This document shows positions 7,136-17,491 of a stretch of 64,000 nt of DNA, piece after piece. The notes beneath the pieces are model-generated. The model did not search any database, had not been told where the DNA came from, and worked only from the letters and a program-made list of their open reading frames with translations. Within the stretch, counting starts at the first letter, position 1. Each line of letters begins with the position of its first letter. The stretch comes from Bacteroidota bacterium. Lineage in GTDB: Bacteria > Bacteroidota > Bacteroidia > Palsa-965. A program made the translations under genes and the position numbers. The stretch lies in NCBI GenBank assembly GCA_031412295.1, contig JANOCU010000032.1:2904-66903 (forward strand). Reading direction: 5' to 3'.

Positions 7136-10105
7136 ATGAAAAAACTATCGATTTCTTTAGCATTTATTTTTACTGCTGCCTTCCTTTTCGCTCAAGTTAT
7201 TGCCACAACTCCTAAACTGGTTGAAAAAGTAACTACCAATGGAAATGGTAAGCTTGTTATTCCTTATGAAAAATATGTTCTTCCGAATGGATTGACACTC
7301 ATCATCAGCGAAGATCATTCCGATCCGATCGTGCATGTGGATGTTACGTATCACGTAGGTTCTGCACGCGAGCAGGAAGGGCGCTCCGGCTTCGCCCACT
7401 TTTTTGAGCACATGATGTTCCAGGGATCGGAACACGTCGGCGATGACGAACATTTTAAGCTGATCACAGAATCGGGTGGAAGAATGAACGGAACCACCAA
7501 TACCGATCGCACAAATTATTTTGAAACGGTTCCTGCAAATAATTTAGAGCTCGCATTATGGCTCGAAGCAGATCGTATGGGTTTCCTTCTCGATTCTGTT
7601 ACGCAACCAAAATTTGAAATTCAGCGCGCGACAGTTAAAAATGAACGCGGACAACGTTATGAAAATGCGCCTTACGGACTGGTTTGGGAAAAGATCGGTG
7701 AAGCAATGTATCCGCAGGGCCATCCGTATTCATGGACGACAATCGGTTACATCGAAGATCTGAATCGTGTGAATGTTACTGATCTGAAAAACTTTTTCCT
7801 TCGCTGGTACGGACCGAATAATGCAACACTTACTGTAGTTGGCGATGTGAAAACGGCTGATGTATTAAAGCTGGTGCAAAAATATTACGGAACAATTCCA
7901 CGCGGACCGGAAGTAAAAGCAATGCCGAAAATGCCTGCGACACTAACTGCTGACCGCGCTATTTCTTACGAAGACAATATTCGTTTTCCGCAATTGACAG
8001 TAGTTCGTCCGGGAGTTCCATCTTATCATGCAGATGAAGCGGCGCTTGATGCATTGTGCAATATTATTTCTGAAGGAAAAAGTTCCGTGTTTTACAAAAC
8101 ATTCGTTGAGACAAAAGTAGCTGCAAGCGTTTCGATGTTCAGCTCTACACAAGAACTTTCAGGAATGATCGGGATAAATATCAGGACGTTTCCCGGTCAT
8201 ACACCACATGAAGCGGATAGTCTGATCAATGTTGCATTAGCCGGTTTTGAAGATCGCGGTGTGACAGAAGATGATTTGAAACGGTACAAATTATTCATCG
8301 AAGGATATTTGCTTGATCAATTAACGAGTGTGGAAGGAAAAGCTTCTTTGCTTGCATCTTATCAAACATTTGCAGGCAATCCGAATCAAATTCAGAAAGA
8401 TCTTGCGCGCTACCAGGCATTGAGCGTGGATGATGTAATGCGTGTGTATGCAAAATACATCAAAGGAAAACCTGCTGTGGTTTTAACTGTAGTTCCGAAA
8501 GGAAAACCTGAATTAAAAGCACGTGCTGATAATTACGAAATTCCTGAGCACAAAGTTGGTGCAGCAGAAAGCCCTGAATATAAAAATCTTGTCGTGCGCA
8601 AGGCAGTTGATAATTTCTCCCGCGTAAAACATCCGGATGCAGGACCAACTCCTGCTGTAAAACCACCGGGAATCTGGAGAGATAAATTCGGCAACGGATT
8701 ACAAATGATCGGAACACAATCGCTTGAAGTTCCGCGCAGCTATATGATGCTTACGATTGCTGCAGGTCATCGCCAGGAAGATACTACGCAGGCAGGTGTG
8801 GCCATGTTGCTTGTCAAAATGCTTGATCAATCAACAACAAACAGAACAGCAGCTTCCATTGAAACAGAAATGGAATTGCTCGGAAGCGAGATCAGCGTTT
8901 CGGTGAACAATGATGAGATACAAGTGTTCATCAGCTCACTCACACGAAATCTTGATGCAACACTCGCATTGGTAGAAGATAAATTGTTCCACCCGAAATT
9001 TGACCCGATCGAATTTGAGCTGATGAAAAAACAGCAGCTGGAATCAATCGCAAACATGCCGACACAAGCAGGAGGAATGGCGAATTTTGTTTACGCTAAA
9101 ATGCTTTACGGCGCAGACAACATTATGGGCTTTCCGCTTTCAGGAACGCAGCATACTGTTTCACGTCTTACTATCGAAAGTGTAAAAGCGTATTACAATA
9201 AAATGTTTTCGCCGAACATCGCACGTTTTATTGTAGTAAGCGATCTTACACAAGCGCAGATCATTCCGAAAATTACATTCCTGCAAAAATGGAATTCAAC
9301 CAACGTAACACTGCGTCCTGATCCGATGGCCAATTCAAAAGCAGAACCTGGTCCGACAAAAATTTTCCTCTTCAACAAACCGGAGGCTGCACAATCTGAG
9401 ATTCGCATTGGGCGCATTGCAATGCCTTATGATGCAACCGGTGAATATTACAAAGCGACCGTGATGAATTATGAGCTGGGTGGAAATTTCAATTCACACA
9501 TCAACATGAAATTGCGTGAAGAAAAAGGCTGGACATACGGCGCCGGTTCCGGATTTTCAGGTTCGCATTACACAGGAGCGTACACGGTTTATTCAGGAGT
9601 AAAATGGGAAGCATCCGACAGCACCGTTACGGAAATGATCTCGATGGTGAAGGCGTATGCAAATACCGGCATTGAACCGCAAGAGCTCGAGTACACGAAA
9701 AAAGCGATCTCGCAAAGTGAAGCGCTGAAGTATGAAGATCCGTATCAGAAATTATTCTTCCTGAAAAATATTATTGACTACGATCTTCCCGTTGATTATG
9801 CAGAGCAGCAAAATAAAATCCTGCAAAGCATGACCAAAGAAGAAGTAGACGCGCTCGCTAAAAAATGGCTCGATCCGGAACACATGGTGATCATGGTCGT
9901 CGGCGATAAAGCAAAGATCGCGGAAGGACTTTCAAAGCTTGGTTACGAAGTTGTGGAAGTAGACAACCTAGGAAATGTAGTAAAACCTGCCGAGCTGAAA
10001 AAGGAAGAGCCAAAAAAAGAACCTGCTCCGACAGTGACGCCGAAGGAAAATAAAAAGAAATCGAAGAAGAAAAGGGGTGCGAAGTATGAGAAGATAACTA
10101 AGTAG
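7136..10105 (+). CDS. M16-family (insulinase/pitrilysin-like) zinc metallopeptidase, double-module ~990 aa, secreted
   Basis: Inverted zincin motif HFFEHMMFQGSEH...E; signal peptide MKKLSISLAFIFTAAFLFAQ. Two M16 active/inactive domain pairs by length; Lys-rich C-terminal tail. The ORF-track start at 6983 is upstream of the signal peptide and was rejected. Confidence 0.85.
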   Translation: MKKLSISLAFIFTAAFLFAQVIATTPKLVEKVTTNGNGKLVIPYEKYVLPNGLTLIISEDHSDPIVHVDVTYHVGSAREQEGRSGFAHFFEHMMFQGSEHVGDDEHFKLITESGGRMNGTTNTDRTNYFETVPANNLELALWLEADRMGFLLDSVTQPKFEIQRATVKNERGQRYENAPYGLVWEKIGEAMYPQGHPYSWTTIGYIEDLNRVNVTDLKNFFLRWYGPNNATLTVVGDVKTADVLKLVQKYYGTIPRGPEVKAMPKMPATLTADRAISYEDNIRFPQLTVVRPGVPSYHADEAALDALCNIISEGKSSVFYKTFVETKVAASVSMFSSTQELSGMIGINIRTFPGHTPHEADSLINVALAGFEDRGVTEDDLKRYKLFIEGYLLDQLTSVEGKASLLASYQTFAGNPNQIQKDLARYQALSVDDVMRVYAKYIKGKPAVVLTVVPKGKPELKARADNYEIPEHKVGAAESPEYKNLVVRKAVDNFSRVKHPDAGPTPAVKPPGIWRDKFGNGLQMIGTQSLEVPRSYMMLTIAAGHRQEDTTQAGVAMLLVKMLDQSTTNRTAASIETEMELLGSEISVSVNNDEIQVFISSLTRNLDATLALVEDKLFHPKFDPIEFELMKKQQLESIANMPTQAGGMANFVYAKMLYGADNIMGFPLSGTQHTVSRLTIESVKAYYNKMFSPNIARFIVVSDLTQAQIIPKITFLQKWNSTNVTLRPDPMANSKAEPGPTKIFLFNKPEAAQSEIRIGRIAMPYDATGEYYKATVMNYELGGNFNSHINMKLREEKGWTYGAGSGFSGSHYTGAYTVYSGVKWEASDSTVTEMISMVKAYANTGIEPQELEYTKKAISQSEALKYEDPYQKLFFLKNIIDYDLPVDYAEQQNKILQSMTKEEVDALAKKWLDPEHMVIMVVGDKAKIAEGLSKLGYEVVEVDNLGNVVKPAELKKEEPKKEPAPTVTPKENKKKSKKKRGAKYEKITK

Positions 10106-10139
10106 AGGGGAAATTAGAAAATTAGAAATTGGGAAATAA

Positions 10140-10171
10140 GAAAATCCCGGCTGTTTAGTCGGGATTTTTTT
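10140..10171 (+). terminator. Rho-independent terminator (aaaatcccggctgtttagtcgggattttttt)
   Basis: 9-bp stem plus a T7 run immediately after the M16 stop codon. Confidence 0.7.
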
Positions 10172-10504
10172 GTGCCGGAATTTCTCTTCTAAGGAGAATG
10201 GCTTATTTATTTCTTTTTTGGTGTTGATTTTGGGGCTGGTGCGGTTTTCTTTGGAGCTTGTGTTAGTTGCTTTTGAGCTAATTGTTTTCCCCTGTTCCCT
10301 TGATTCTGGTCATAGGTTTTGTTTGTGCCGGAAGTTCCTTCGTTGGAATTTTCGATATCGGCAGGATGATTTGGTTTCTTAGCCATTTGCGTAGATTTTA
10401 GTTCTCAATTTACTCAAAATAAACTTTAATCCCAGGCAAAATCCTGTTGCTCAGTTGCGAATAATTTACTGTTGCATTTCATTCATTGAACTAAATCAAT
10501 CATA

Positions 10505-10541
10505 AAAAAAGCGGCTTCTCTTTTACAGAGAAGCCGCTTTC
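10505..10541 (-). terminator. Rho-independent terminator (aaagcggcttctc ... gagaagccgcttt) for the minus-strand gene ending at 10564
   Basis: 13-bp perfect stem; on the minus strand it is followed by TTTTTTT. Confidence 0.7.
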
Positions 10542-10563
10542 CAATTATGTATAATTCCGATTC

Positions 10564-12327
10564 TTACTGAACCATCATCTTCTTGGAAGCAATTCGCTCA
10601 TTCCCATTTACCACTTCCACAAAATACATCCCATTCGACAACAAACCGCGATCGATCACGATAATACTGCTTTGCAAATTTGCTTCCGTGTAAACTGCTT
10701 TTCCATTGATGTCATAAATGTTCAGCGATAAATTTTCCAAACCGATCGATGCGAAATGATCTAAACGGATCATCGCATTATCTGTTACCGGGTTCGGATA
10801 CACGCTGAGAGAAAATGCATGCTGATCGAATGCATGTGTTCCTGTTGGCGAAGCTCCTTCCACAACCGTAATTGTTTGATTTGAATTTGTTGTGGAAAGC
10901 GCGTCAACAGTTCCCGAAGGCCATTGTACGATTGCGCTGTCGATAGCTGTGTTCGCACCTAAACCAAAATGCGCGGTGAATGAATTTTGAATTCCGTACG
11001 CTTCACCTGAGCGGATCTCGCGCACCTGCACACCCCACGGCCCGTAAATTTTAATGATCGCGCCAATACCATTTCGATTGCTTGCAACACCTTGCAGGTA
11101 AAATTTAATCCAGTTATTAGTGTTTCCGTTATTCGGGGAATCATTCATCCACAGCTGATCGTCGCGGAAAGAAGGTGATTGGTAAATGTCGCAATAGCTC
11201 GCATAAACATCGAGGAATCCGTCTCCATTTAAATCACCGACTGCATGCGCTGTAATGGGTTCGCTATTGTAAGAAAGTGCATTCACATCATTTGTATAGG
11301 TTCCGTCGCCATTATTGATGTATAAAAAATGTGAGCTGCCCGAAAGAAACAAATCAACGAATCCATCATTATTAAAATCATGGAAAGTTGCATTCTCGCC
11401 AAAAAAAGTAGTCGTTGCACCAATGCCGCTTCCCGGCATAGAATCTGTAAATACGCCACTTCCGTTATTGATCATGAGGGTGCTGTTTACATCGTAGTTC
11501 AAAACAAAAGCATCCATATCACCATCATTATCCACGTCGCCCCACGCCGTGCTCCATCCCTGCGCGCCATCACGCAAACCGGTCCAGTTGGTTGTATCCT
11601 GCGAATAGGATCCGTTTCCGTTATTGATAAAAACCTGGTCGATGCGGCGTGCATCCGCAGCTGATGTAACGCCCTGGCGACAATGAGTGATCATCAGGTC
11701 CATTAATCCATCTGCATTTATATCTGTCCAGATCGAAGCATAATTACCACTGTTATCAGATGCAGGAACAGTTGCAAGCGGAATTGCAGATTGATTGAAG
11801 ATCCACGATCCGTTTCCATCACCGAAATACAAATGCGACATATCTACATCATTGCAAACAAATGCATCCAGGTCTCCATCATTATTAATATCGATAAAGT
11901 TGCAGCCCTGGACAAAAATGAAAGGGGCGGTTGTTGCAGCTGTAATATCTGTGCTGGTGTAATCTGTTCCTGTTGCATTGGCCTGCATGATGCGCGTGCT
12001 TCCGTAATCGCCCCAGAGCACATCATTAAACCCGTTGTTGTCGACATCGCCCACGCACATGCCCCATGGATCGCCTATTGCGCCCGTAAAGCTTGCTTCG
12101 GTGAACGTATCATTCGCGGCAGCCTGATATTCGATGAACTGAAAAACATTACCATCGGCACGGACAATATCATCTTTGCCGTCATTATTCATATCACAAA
12201 CGCCGATACTATTTCCGCTGTGAAACGAATTGGTTGGAAGCAAAGAGGTTTTGACAACAAAAGGAATTTGCTGTGCGCTGAGAAGCACAGTTGCAAACCA
12301 TGCGAAAAAAGTAAATAATTGTTTCAT
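10564..12327 (-). CDS. FG-GAP/VCBS-repeat protein with ASPIC/UnbV domain (CRTAC1-like) and T9SS C-terminal sorting domain
   Basis: Signal peptide; at least 7 DxNxDGxxD calcium-binding FG-GAP-like repeats (DMNNDGKDDIV, GDVDNNGFNDVL, DINADGLMDLM, ...); NRNGIGAIIKIYGPWGVQVREIRSGEAYGIQNSFTAHFGLG (UnbV/ASPIC signature); C-terminal ~80 aa LSVYPNPVTDNAMIRLDHF...MYFVEVVNGNERIASKKMMVQ resembles the TIGR04183-type CTD. Confidence 0.8.
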   Translation of the reverse strand: MKQLFTFFAWFATVLLSAQQIPFVVKTSLLPTNSFHSGNSIGVCDMNNDGKDDIVRADGNVFQFIEYQAAANDTFTEASFTGAIGDPWGMCVGDVDNNGFNDVLWGDYGSTRIMQANATGTDYTSTDITAATTAPFIFVQGCNFIDINNDGDLDAFVCNDVDMSHLYFGDGNGSWIFNQSAIPLATVPASDNSGNYASIWTDINADGLMDLMITHCRQGVTSAADARRIDQVFINNGNGSYSQDTTNWTGLRDGAQGWSTAWGDVDNDGDMDAFVLNYDVNSTLMINNGSGVFTDSMPGSGIGATTTFFGENATFHDFNNDGFVDLFLSGSSHFLYINNGDGTYTNDVNALSYNSEPITAHAVGDLNGDGFLDVYASYCDIYQSPSFRDDQLWMNDSPNNGNTNNWIKFYLQGVASNRNGIGAIIKIYGPWGVQVREIRSGEAYGIQNSFTAHFGLGANTAIDSAIVQWPSGTVDALSTTNSNQTITVVEGASPTGTHAFDQHAFSLSVYPNPVTDNAMIRLDHFASIGLENLSLNIYDINGKAVYTEANLQSSIIVIDRGLLSNGMYFVEVVNGNERIASKKMMVQ

Positions 12328-12388
12328 CTTCTGAATGTTATTTGAAGCAAAGGTAAGTGAATTGAAAACAGGTGAGGGAGGATATGAA

Positions 12389-12420
12389 AAAGCGGCCTCT
12401 TCAAGTTGAACAGGCCGCTT
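12389..12420 (-). terminator. Terminator hairpin (aagcggcct ... aggccgctt) between the two CRTAC1-like paralogs
   Basis: 9-bp stem; on the minus strand it is followed by a T run. Confidence 0.55.
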
Positions 12421-12440
12421 AATTTTAACTTATGAATGTG

Positions 12441-14234
12441 CTACTGAACGATCATCTTCTTCGAAGCAACTCTTACATTATCATTCGTCACTTCAACTAA
12501 ATACATTCCGCTGCTGAACATGCTGCGATCAAGTGTAATGATGCTGCGCTGTAATGCTGATTCGCTGTAAATCACTTTACCTGTCAGATCATAAACATTA
12601 ACAGATAAATTATTCAATCCCATAGTAGAAAAATGATCGAGGCGAATTACTGCATCGTCAGTTACAGGATTCGGATAAACATTCAGTTCAAGCGTTTGTG
12701 ATGGAATTGTATGTGATGAAAGTGGTGAGCCTCCTTCAGGAACAAACACCGTCTGATCAACCGGGATAACTAAAGTCTGGTCAACAATTCCGGAAGGCCA
12801 GATCACAACTGCTGAATCAACTTGTGTTGCGCTGCCCAAACCGAAATGTAAGGTGAATGAATTCTGCAAACCATAACCTTCGCCTGAACGAACTTCACGA
12901 ACCTGCACGCCCCACGCGCCGTAAATTTTCACAATTGCGCCAATGCCATTTCTATTGCTGTAGCCCGGCATTGATCCGCCTGTGAGAAGGAATTTTACGT
13001 AATGATTGGTGTTTCCGTTATTCGGACAATCATTCATCCACAAACGATCGTCGCGTGATGATGAAGGTGTAATGTACAAATTGCAATAAGAAGCATACAG
13101 ATCCATAAATCCATCATCGTTCAAATCTCCGACTGCATAGCTGCGAATATCATGTGTGCTGTAAACGAATGGATTTGCTTCTAACGAAAAAGTACAATCG
13201 CCATTTCCTTTGTAAAGAAAATGTTCATCACCCGCCAGCATCAGGTCAAGAAAACCGTCATTGTCAAAATCATGAAAAGAAGCAGTTTCACCAAACCATG
13301 TTGTTGGATTTGCAATCCCTGAAGTTGACATTGAATCTGTAAATACACCGCTTCCGTTATTGATCATCAGCTTGCCATTCACCGTTTGGTTCAGAACAAA
13401 TGCATCCATGTCACCATCATTATCCACATCGCCCCACGCTGTGCTCCAGCCTTGCTCACCATCACGAAGATTGGTCCAGTTGGTCACATCCTGTGTGTAA
13501 GTTCCGTTTCCGTTATTGATGAAAACCTGGTCAATACGACGCGCATCAGACGACTGAGTAATTCCCTGCCTGCAATGTGTGATCATCAGATCCACCAATC
13601 CATCCGCATTAACATCTGTCCAGATCGAAGCGTAATTTCCGCTGTTATCAGAAGCAGGAACTTGTGTCAGATCAATCATCGTCTGGTTAAATGTCCAGCC
13701 AAACTGCACACCGCTTCCCTGGTAAATCTTCGGCATACCGGTATCATGATCGATGAACAAATCAAGGTATCCGTCATTATTAATATCAGCAAAATTGCAG
13801 CCTTGTGTAAAAACACTTCCACCACCATAAGTAGAAGTCATGTTCTCACGTGTATACCCACCAATTCCGTCGGAAGTCAGCAAATAACCATTCGAGCTGC
13901 TGCCCTGGAAAATGTCATTGAAACCGTTGTTATCATAATCGCCGATACAAAGGCCCCACGGACTTCCGAACGTAATGCCGGGAAAATGTGACTCTGCAAA
14001 CGTCGTGTTCGGCAATTGTTGGTAGTCAACAACAAGCCTGATATTATTACTATCGCGCACAATATCATCCTTGCCGTCATTATTCATATCCGCAATACCT
14101 ACAGCGTTTCCACTATGAAAAGTAGTGCTCGGAAGAAGAATTGTCTGGTTAGTAAAAGGAATGTTTTGCGCTGATACTGTAAAAGGCAATACAAATGCTG
14201 CTAATGCAACAAAACAGGGTAACGTTTTTTTCAT
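12441..14234 (-). CDS. FG-GAP/ASPIC-UnbV (CRTAC1-like) T9SS cargo protein, tandem paralog of 10564..12327
   Basis: Collinear with the neighbour over its full length (same FG-GAP repeats, NRNGIGAIVKIYGAWGVQVREVRSGEGYGLQNSF, CTD ending VRVASKKMIVQ). Confidence 0.8.
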   Translation of the reverse strand: MKKTLPCFVALAAFVLPFTVSAQNIPFTNQTILLPSTTFHSGNAVGIADMNNDGKDDIVRDSNNIRLVVDYQQLPNTTFAESHFPGITFGSPWGLCIGDYDNNGFNDIFQGSSSNGYLLTSDGIGGYTRENMTSTYGGGSVFTQGCNFADINNDGYLDLFIDHDTGMPKIYQGSGVQFGWTFNQTMIDLTQVPASDNSGNYASIWTDVNADGLVDLMITHCRQGITQSSDARRIDQVFINNGNGTYTQDVTNWTNLRDGEQGWSTAWGDVDNDGDMDAFVLNQTVNGKLMINNGSGVFTDSMSTSGIANPTTWFGETASFHDFDNDGFLDLMLAGDEHFLYKGNGDCTFSLEANPFVYSTHDIRSYAVGDLNDDGFMDLYASYCNLYITPSSSRDDRLWMNDCPNNGNTNHYVKFLLTGGSMPGYSNRNGIGAIVKIYGAWGVQVREVRSGEGYGLQNSFTLHFGLGSATQVDSAVVIWPSGIVDQTLVIPVDQTVFVPEGGSPLSSHTIPSQTLELNVYPNPVTDDAVIRLDHFSTMGLNNLSVNVYDLTGKVIYSESALQRSIITLDRSMFSSGMYLVEVTNDNVRVASKKMIVQ

Positions 14235-14355
14235 TGAGTTCTGGTGTTTAGGATTACGAGATTAACAATAAAACCACACATTATCAAGTCTTTAAGAGAA
14301 ATTTTATTACTACCAATGTTTCCGTACTTTTAAGGTTCACTTCCCCCTTTAGAAA

Positions 14356-16302
14356 ATGGCAAAAAGGTACTTTTTTCGTTTTAAAGCATTAATCGCTGGC
14401 TCTATTGTCCTTATTCTCGTGGTTTGCATGGCTAATATGAACATGCAGAAAGCGGAAGCAAGAAAATTTCACACCCCGGAAGAAGCTGCCCGACTCGCAG
14501 ATATGCTTCAATCACAGCCTTACGATACCAATACATTTTTCGCTACGGGTGGACGCTGCGGCGGTTGTCACGGTCACGATCCGAACTTTGTTTCGCTTGT
14601 GGCTAACGATGGTACCGATGTAAATATGATGGACGGCTGGCAGGGAACCATGATGGCCAATTCTGCGAAAGATCCGTTCTGGAGAGCAAAAGTCAGCCAC
14701 GAAATTCTGGTCAATCCCGGCTTACAAGTTGCCATCGAAGACAAATGCACCAGCTGTCATGCACCACTAGGTCATTTTACAGCACACATGTTTGGTCAGC
14801 CGAATTATTCCATGGCTTCGCTTGCAACAGATACATTCGGACTCGATGGTGTGAATTGCAGCGCTTGTCACCAGCAAAAAGATTCGCTGATGGGAAATAA
14901 TTTTTCCGGCAATTTACAATACACGCAAAAAGTAATTTATGGTCCGGTGCAAAATCCTTATTCAGCGGTGATGGAATTTTTTGTGGAATTCAGACCCGAA
15001 TACAGCGCGCACGTTGTAAAATCAGAATTCTGCGGAGGCTGTCACACACTCATTACTGAAACAACAGATCTCGCAGGCGCGCTTACCGGCGGGCAATTTA
15101 TCGAGCAGGCAACGTTCCACGAATGGAAAAATTCTTCTTACAACACCAACGGTATCACCTGCCAGAGCTGCCACATGCCGCGTCTAAATGATTCGATCAA
15201 GCTGGCTACCGATTATCCATTCGTTCCCGCGCGCAGCCCGTACGGACAACATACGCTCGTGGGTGGAAATGCTTTTATGTTAAAGCTGATGAGCAATAAC
15301 ATGACAGCAATCGGAGCAACATGTGAGCCCTACAATTTTGATACAACGATTGCCCGCACTACACGTTACCTGCGCGACAGCACCTGCGATATGCATGTAT
15401 TGCAAACTGCGCGTACTGCTGATACCGTATTTTTCGATGTGCAGCTGGATAATAAAGCGGGACATAAATTTCCAAGCGGTTATCCGTCACGCGTTGCCTG
15501 GCTGCAGTTTGTGGTAACAAATAATATCGGCGATACAATTTATAAATCAGGATTGCAGGATGCATTCGGAAATATCATTGGCCGCGATGCCGGTTTTGAG
15601 CCGCACCACGACGTTTGTTATACCGATAATGATGTGCAGATTTATGAAATGGTGATGGGTGATGTAACCGATAATCCGACAACCGTGCTTCAGCGAGCGG
15701 ATACGTGTTTGAAGGATAATCGTCTTTGCCCGAAAGGATTTTCAACTTCACACCCATCTTACGATACCACAAAAATTATCGGCATCGCATCAGATCCTGA
15801 TTTTAATTATTCAGGTCCTACCGAAGGAACAGGCGCTGATGTGGTGCATTACCATGTTTTCCTCAATGGATATACAGGCATGCTCAACATCTCGACGAAA
15901 TTGTATTACACATCAGTTCCGCGTCAATGGCTTTCTGAAATGTTTACTTTTTCATCACCTGAGATCACTGCGTTCCAGGGAATGTTCAACACCGCCGATC
16001 AAACTCCGATGCTGATTGCGCAGGTCGATTATCAAAACACAATTACCAGCGCGGATCAGCACAGCATTCATCCCGAAATTTCAATTTACCCGAATCCGAC
16101 TGCAAATGGTCATGTCACTTTCATTGGTTATGAAAAGAGCCATCTTCAAATGGTGCGTGTGTATGATTTGTCGGGTAAAGAAGTGATCGAGGCAATTCCT
16201 GCATCACGTTTTACAGGTTCACTGGATCTTCCAAAGCGCGGACTTTATTTAGTTGTATTGGAAACGAAAGAGGGCAGGGTGGTGAAGCGCGTATTGTGGT
16301 AA
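14356..16302 (+). CDS. Pentaheme c-type cytochrome with T9SS C-terminal sorting domain
   Basis: Five CxxCH motifs (CGGCHG, CTSCHA, CSACHQ, CGGCHT, CQSCHM); N-terminal signal anchor; C-terminal ISIYPNPTANGHVTFIGYEK...GLYLVVLETKEGRVVKRVLW is a CTD paralogous to its neighbours. Confidence 0.75.
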   Translation: MAKRYFFRFKALIAGSIVLILVVCMANMNMQKAEARKFHTPEEAARLADMLQSQPYDTNTFFATGGRCGGCHGHDPNFVSLVANDGTDVNMMDGWQGTMMANSAKDPFWRAKVSHEILVNPGLQVAIEDKCTSCHAPLGHFTAHMFGQPNYSMASLATDTFGLDGVNCSACHQQKDSLMGNNFSGNLQYTQKVIYGPVQNPYSAVMEFFVEFRPEYSAHVVKSEFCGGCHTLITETTDLAGALTGGQFIEQATFHEWKNSSYNTNGITCQSCHMPRLNDSIKLATDYPFVPARSPYGQHTLVGGNAFMLKLMSNNMTAIGATCEPYNFDTTIARTTRYLRDSTCDMHVLQTARTADTVFFDVQLDNKAGHKFPSGYPSRVAWLQFVVTNNIGDTIYKSGLQDAFGNIIGRDAGFEPHHDVCYTDNDVQIYEMVMGDVTDNPTTVLQRADTCLKDNRLCPKGFSTSHPSYDTTKIIGIASDPDFNYSGPTEGTGADVVHYHVFLNGYTGMLNISTKLYYTSVPRQWLSEMFTFSSPEITAFQGMFNTADQTPMLIAQVDYQNTITSADQHSIHPEISIYPNPTANGHVTFIGYEKSHLQMVRVYDLSGKEVIEAIPASRFTGSLDLPKRGLYLVVLETKEGRVVKRVLW

Positions 16303-16309
16303 AACCATA

Positions 16310-17491
16310 GTGATGAAAAAAATAATCCCATTACTGTTTTGCATTTGTTTTTCTCTTGCGGCAACTGCACAATGGTATCCTGTTCAATCACCGTTTATCG
16401 GCAGTTTGTATTCTGTTGCATTCGGTAGTCAGAATGTAGGCGCGATCGGTGGAGCAAATTATAATGTGCTGCTTACTACAAATGGCGGATTATCATGGAC
16501 GCTTGCACCCGGAACAACGGCAGTAAATTATTCGCTCGGCAACGATATTCAGTTCACCGATACGAATACAATTTACATCGGTTCAAACGCAGGCAAGCTG
16601 ATTAAATCAATAGACCAGGGACAAAGCTGGACCAATGCAGATCCTGTATTGCCTTATGGATTTGCCATTCATTCGGTTTGTTTTCCTTCAGCCACCTGTG
16701 GTTATACAGGAGGAACGTTGGGTGAAATGAGTCGCACACTTAATTCAGGTGTAACATGGACCGACATCAGCATTAATACTTCGAATGATTTGAATGATGT
16801 TTATTTTTTCAATAACACTACCGGGATTGTCATTGGAGAAAATGGCTATGTACGCAAAACATCTTCAAGTGGAATTATTTGGACTTCTTGTCTTTCGGGA
16901 ACAACGAATACACTGAATAAAATGCATTTCCTCAATGCGAGCGATGGATTTGCGGTTGGGAATGGAGGGACAATTTTAAAAACCACGAATGGCGGTTCAT
17001 CCTGGTCGACTATTGTTTCTCCTACAACGTTAAACCTTTATGGCATCAGCTTCAAAACGGACATGGAAGGTTTTATCGTCGGAGCAAGCGGAACAATTCT
17101 CAAAACAGTGAATGGCGGAATCACCTGGCAAATTGATGCTTCACCGACAACGATCACGCTGAACGATATTAAATTCAACGGATCGAATTTTGTTATTGTC
17201 GGTTATGGCGGAACAATTCTGACAGATGTGCCGACAGGGATGAATGAAAATGTGAATGAGAATTCAATCGTGCTGTTTCCGAATCCGAGCAGCGATGGAC
17301 ATTTTACAATCACCGGAATTGAAAAAAATAATTTTTCCGAGATTCATGTCTACGATGTTTTGGGAAATGAAGCAGTTGCACCGATTCTTTCCGCACAATT
17401 TAACGGCACGCTCGATCTGCCGCGTCGTGGTGTTTATTTTGTGGTGATGGAAGGAGAAGATGGTAGTCTTGTGAAGAAAGTGATTTGGTAA
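16310..17491 (+). CDS. BNR/Ycf48-like (sialidase-type beta-propeller) repeat protein with T9SS CTD
   Basis: Six or more repeats of [ST]xNGGx[ST]W[ST] (LTTNGGLSWTL, KSIDQGQSWTN, TLNSGVTWTD, KTTNGGSSWST, KTVNGGITWQI); CTD IVLFPNPSSDGHFTITGIEKNN...VYFVVMEGEDGSLVKKVIW. Confidence 0.75.
   Translation: MMKKIIPLLFCICFSLAATAQWYPVQSPFIGSLYSVAFGSQNVGAIGGANYNVLLTTNGGLSWTLAPGTTAVNYSLGNDIQFTDTNTIYIGSNAGKLIKSIDQGQSWTNADPVLPYGFAIHSVCFPSATCGYTGGTLGEMSRTLNSGVTWTDISINTSNDLNDVYFFNNTTGIVIGENGYVRKTSSSGIIWTSCLSGTTNTLNKMHFLNASDGFAVGNGGTILKTTNGGSSWSTIVSPTTLNLYGISFKTDMEGFIVGASGTILKTVNGGITWQIDASPTTITLNDIKFNGSNFVIVGYGGTILTDVPTGMNENVNENSIVLFPNPSSDGHFTITGIEKNNFSEIHVYDVLGNEAVAPILSAQFNGTLDLPRRGVYFVVMEGEDGSLVKKVIW

Noticed and set aside
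10207-10385. Minus-strand small basic ORF starting MAKKPNHPADIENS...
   Set aside because: Careful frame reading hits TAG after 35 codons. There is no support beyond an ATG, and the plus-strand ORF 10170..10382 is equally unsupported.
11791-12318. 175-aa plus-strand ORF (also 13386..13991, 201 aa)
   Set aside because: Antisense to well-supported FG-GAP/ASPIC genes. Low-complexity translation with no independent signals.
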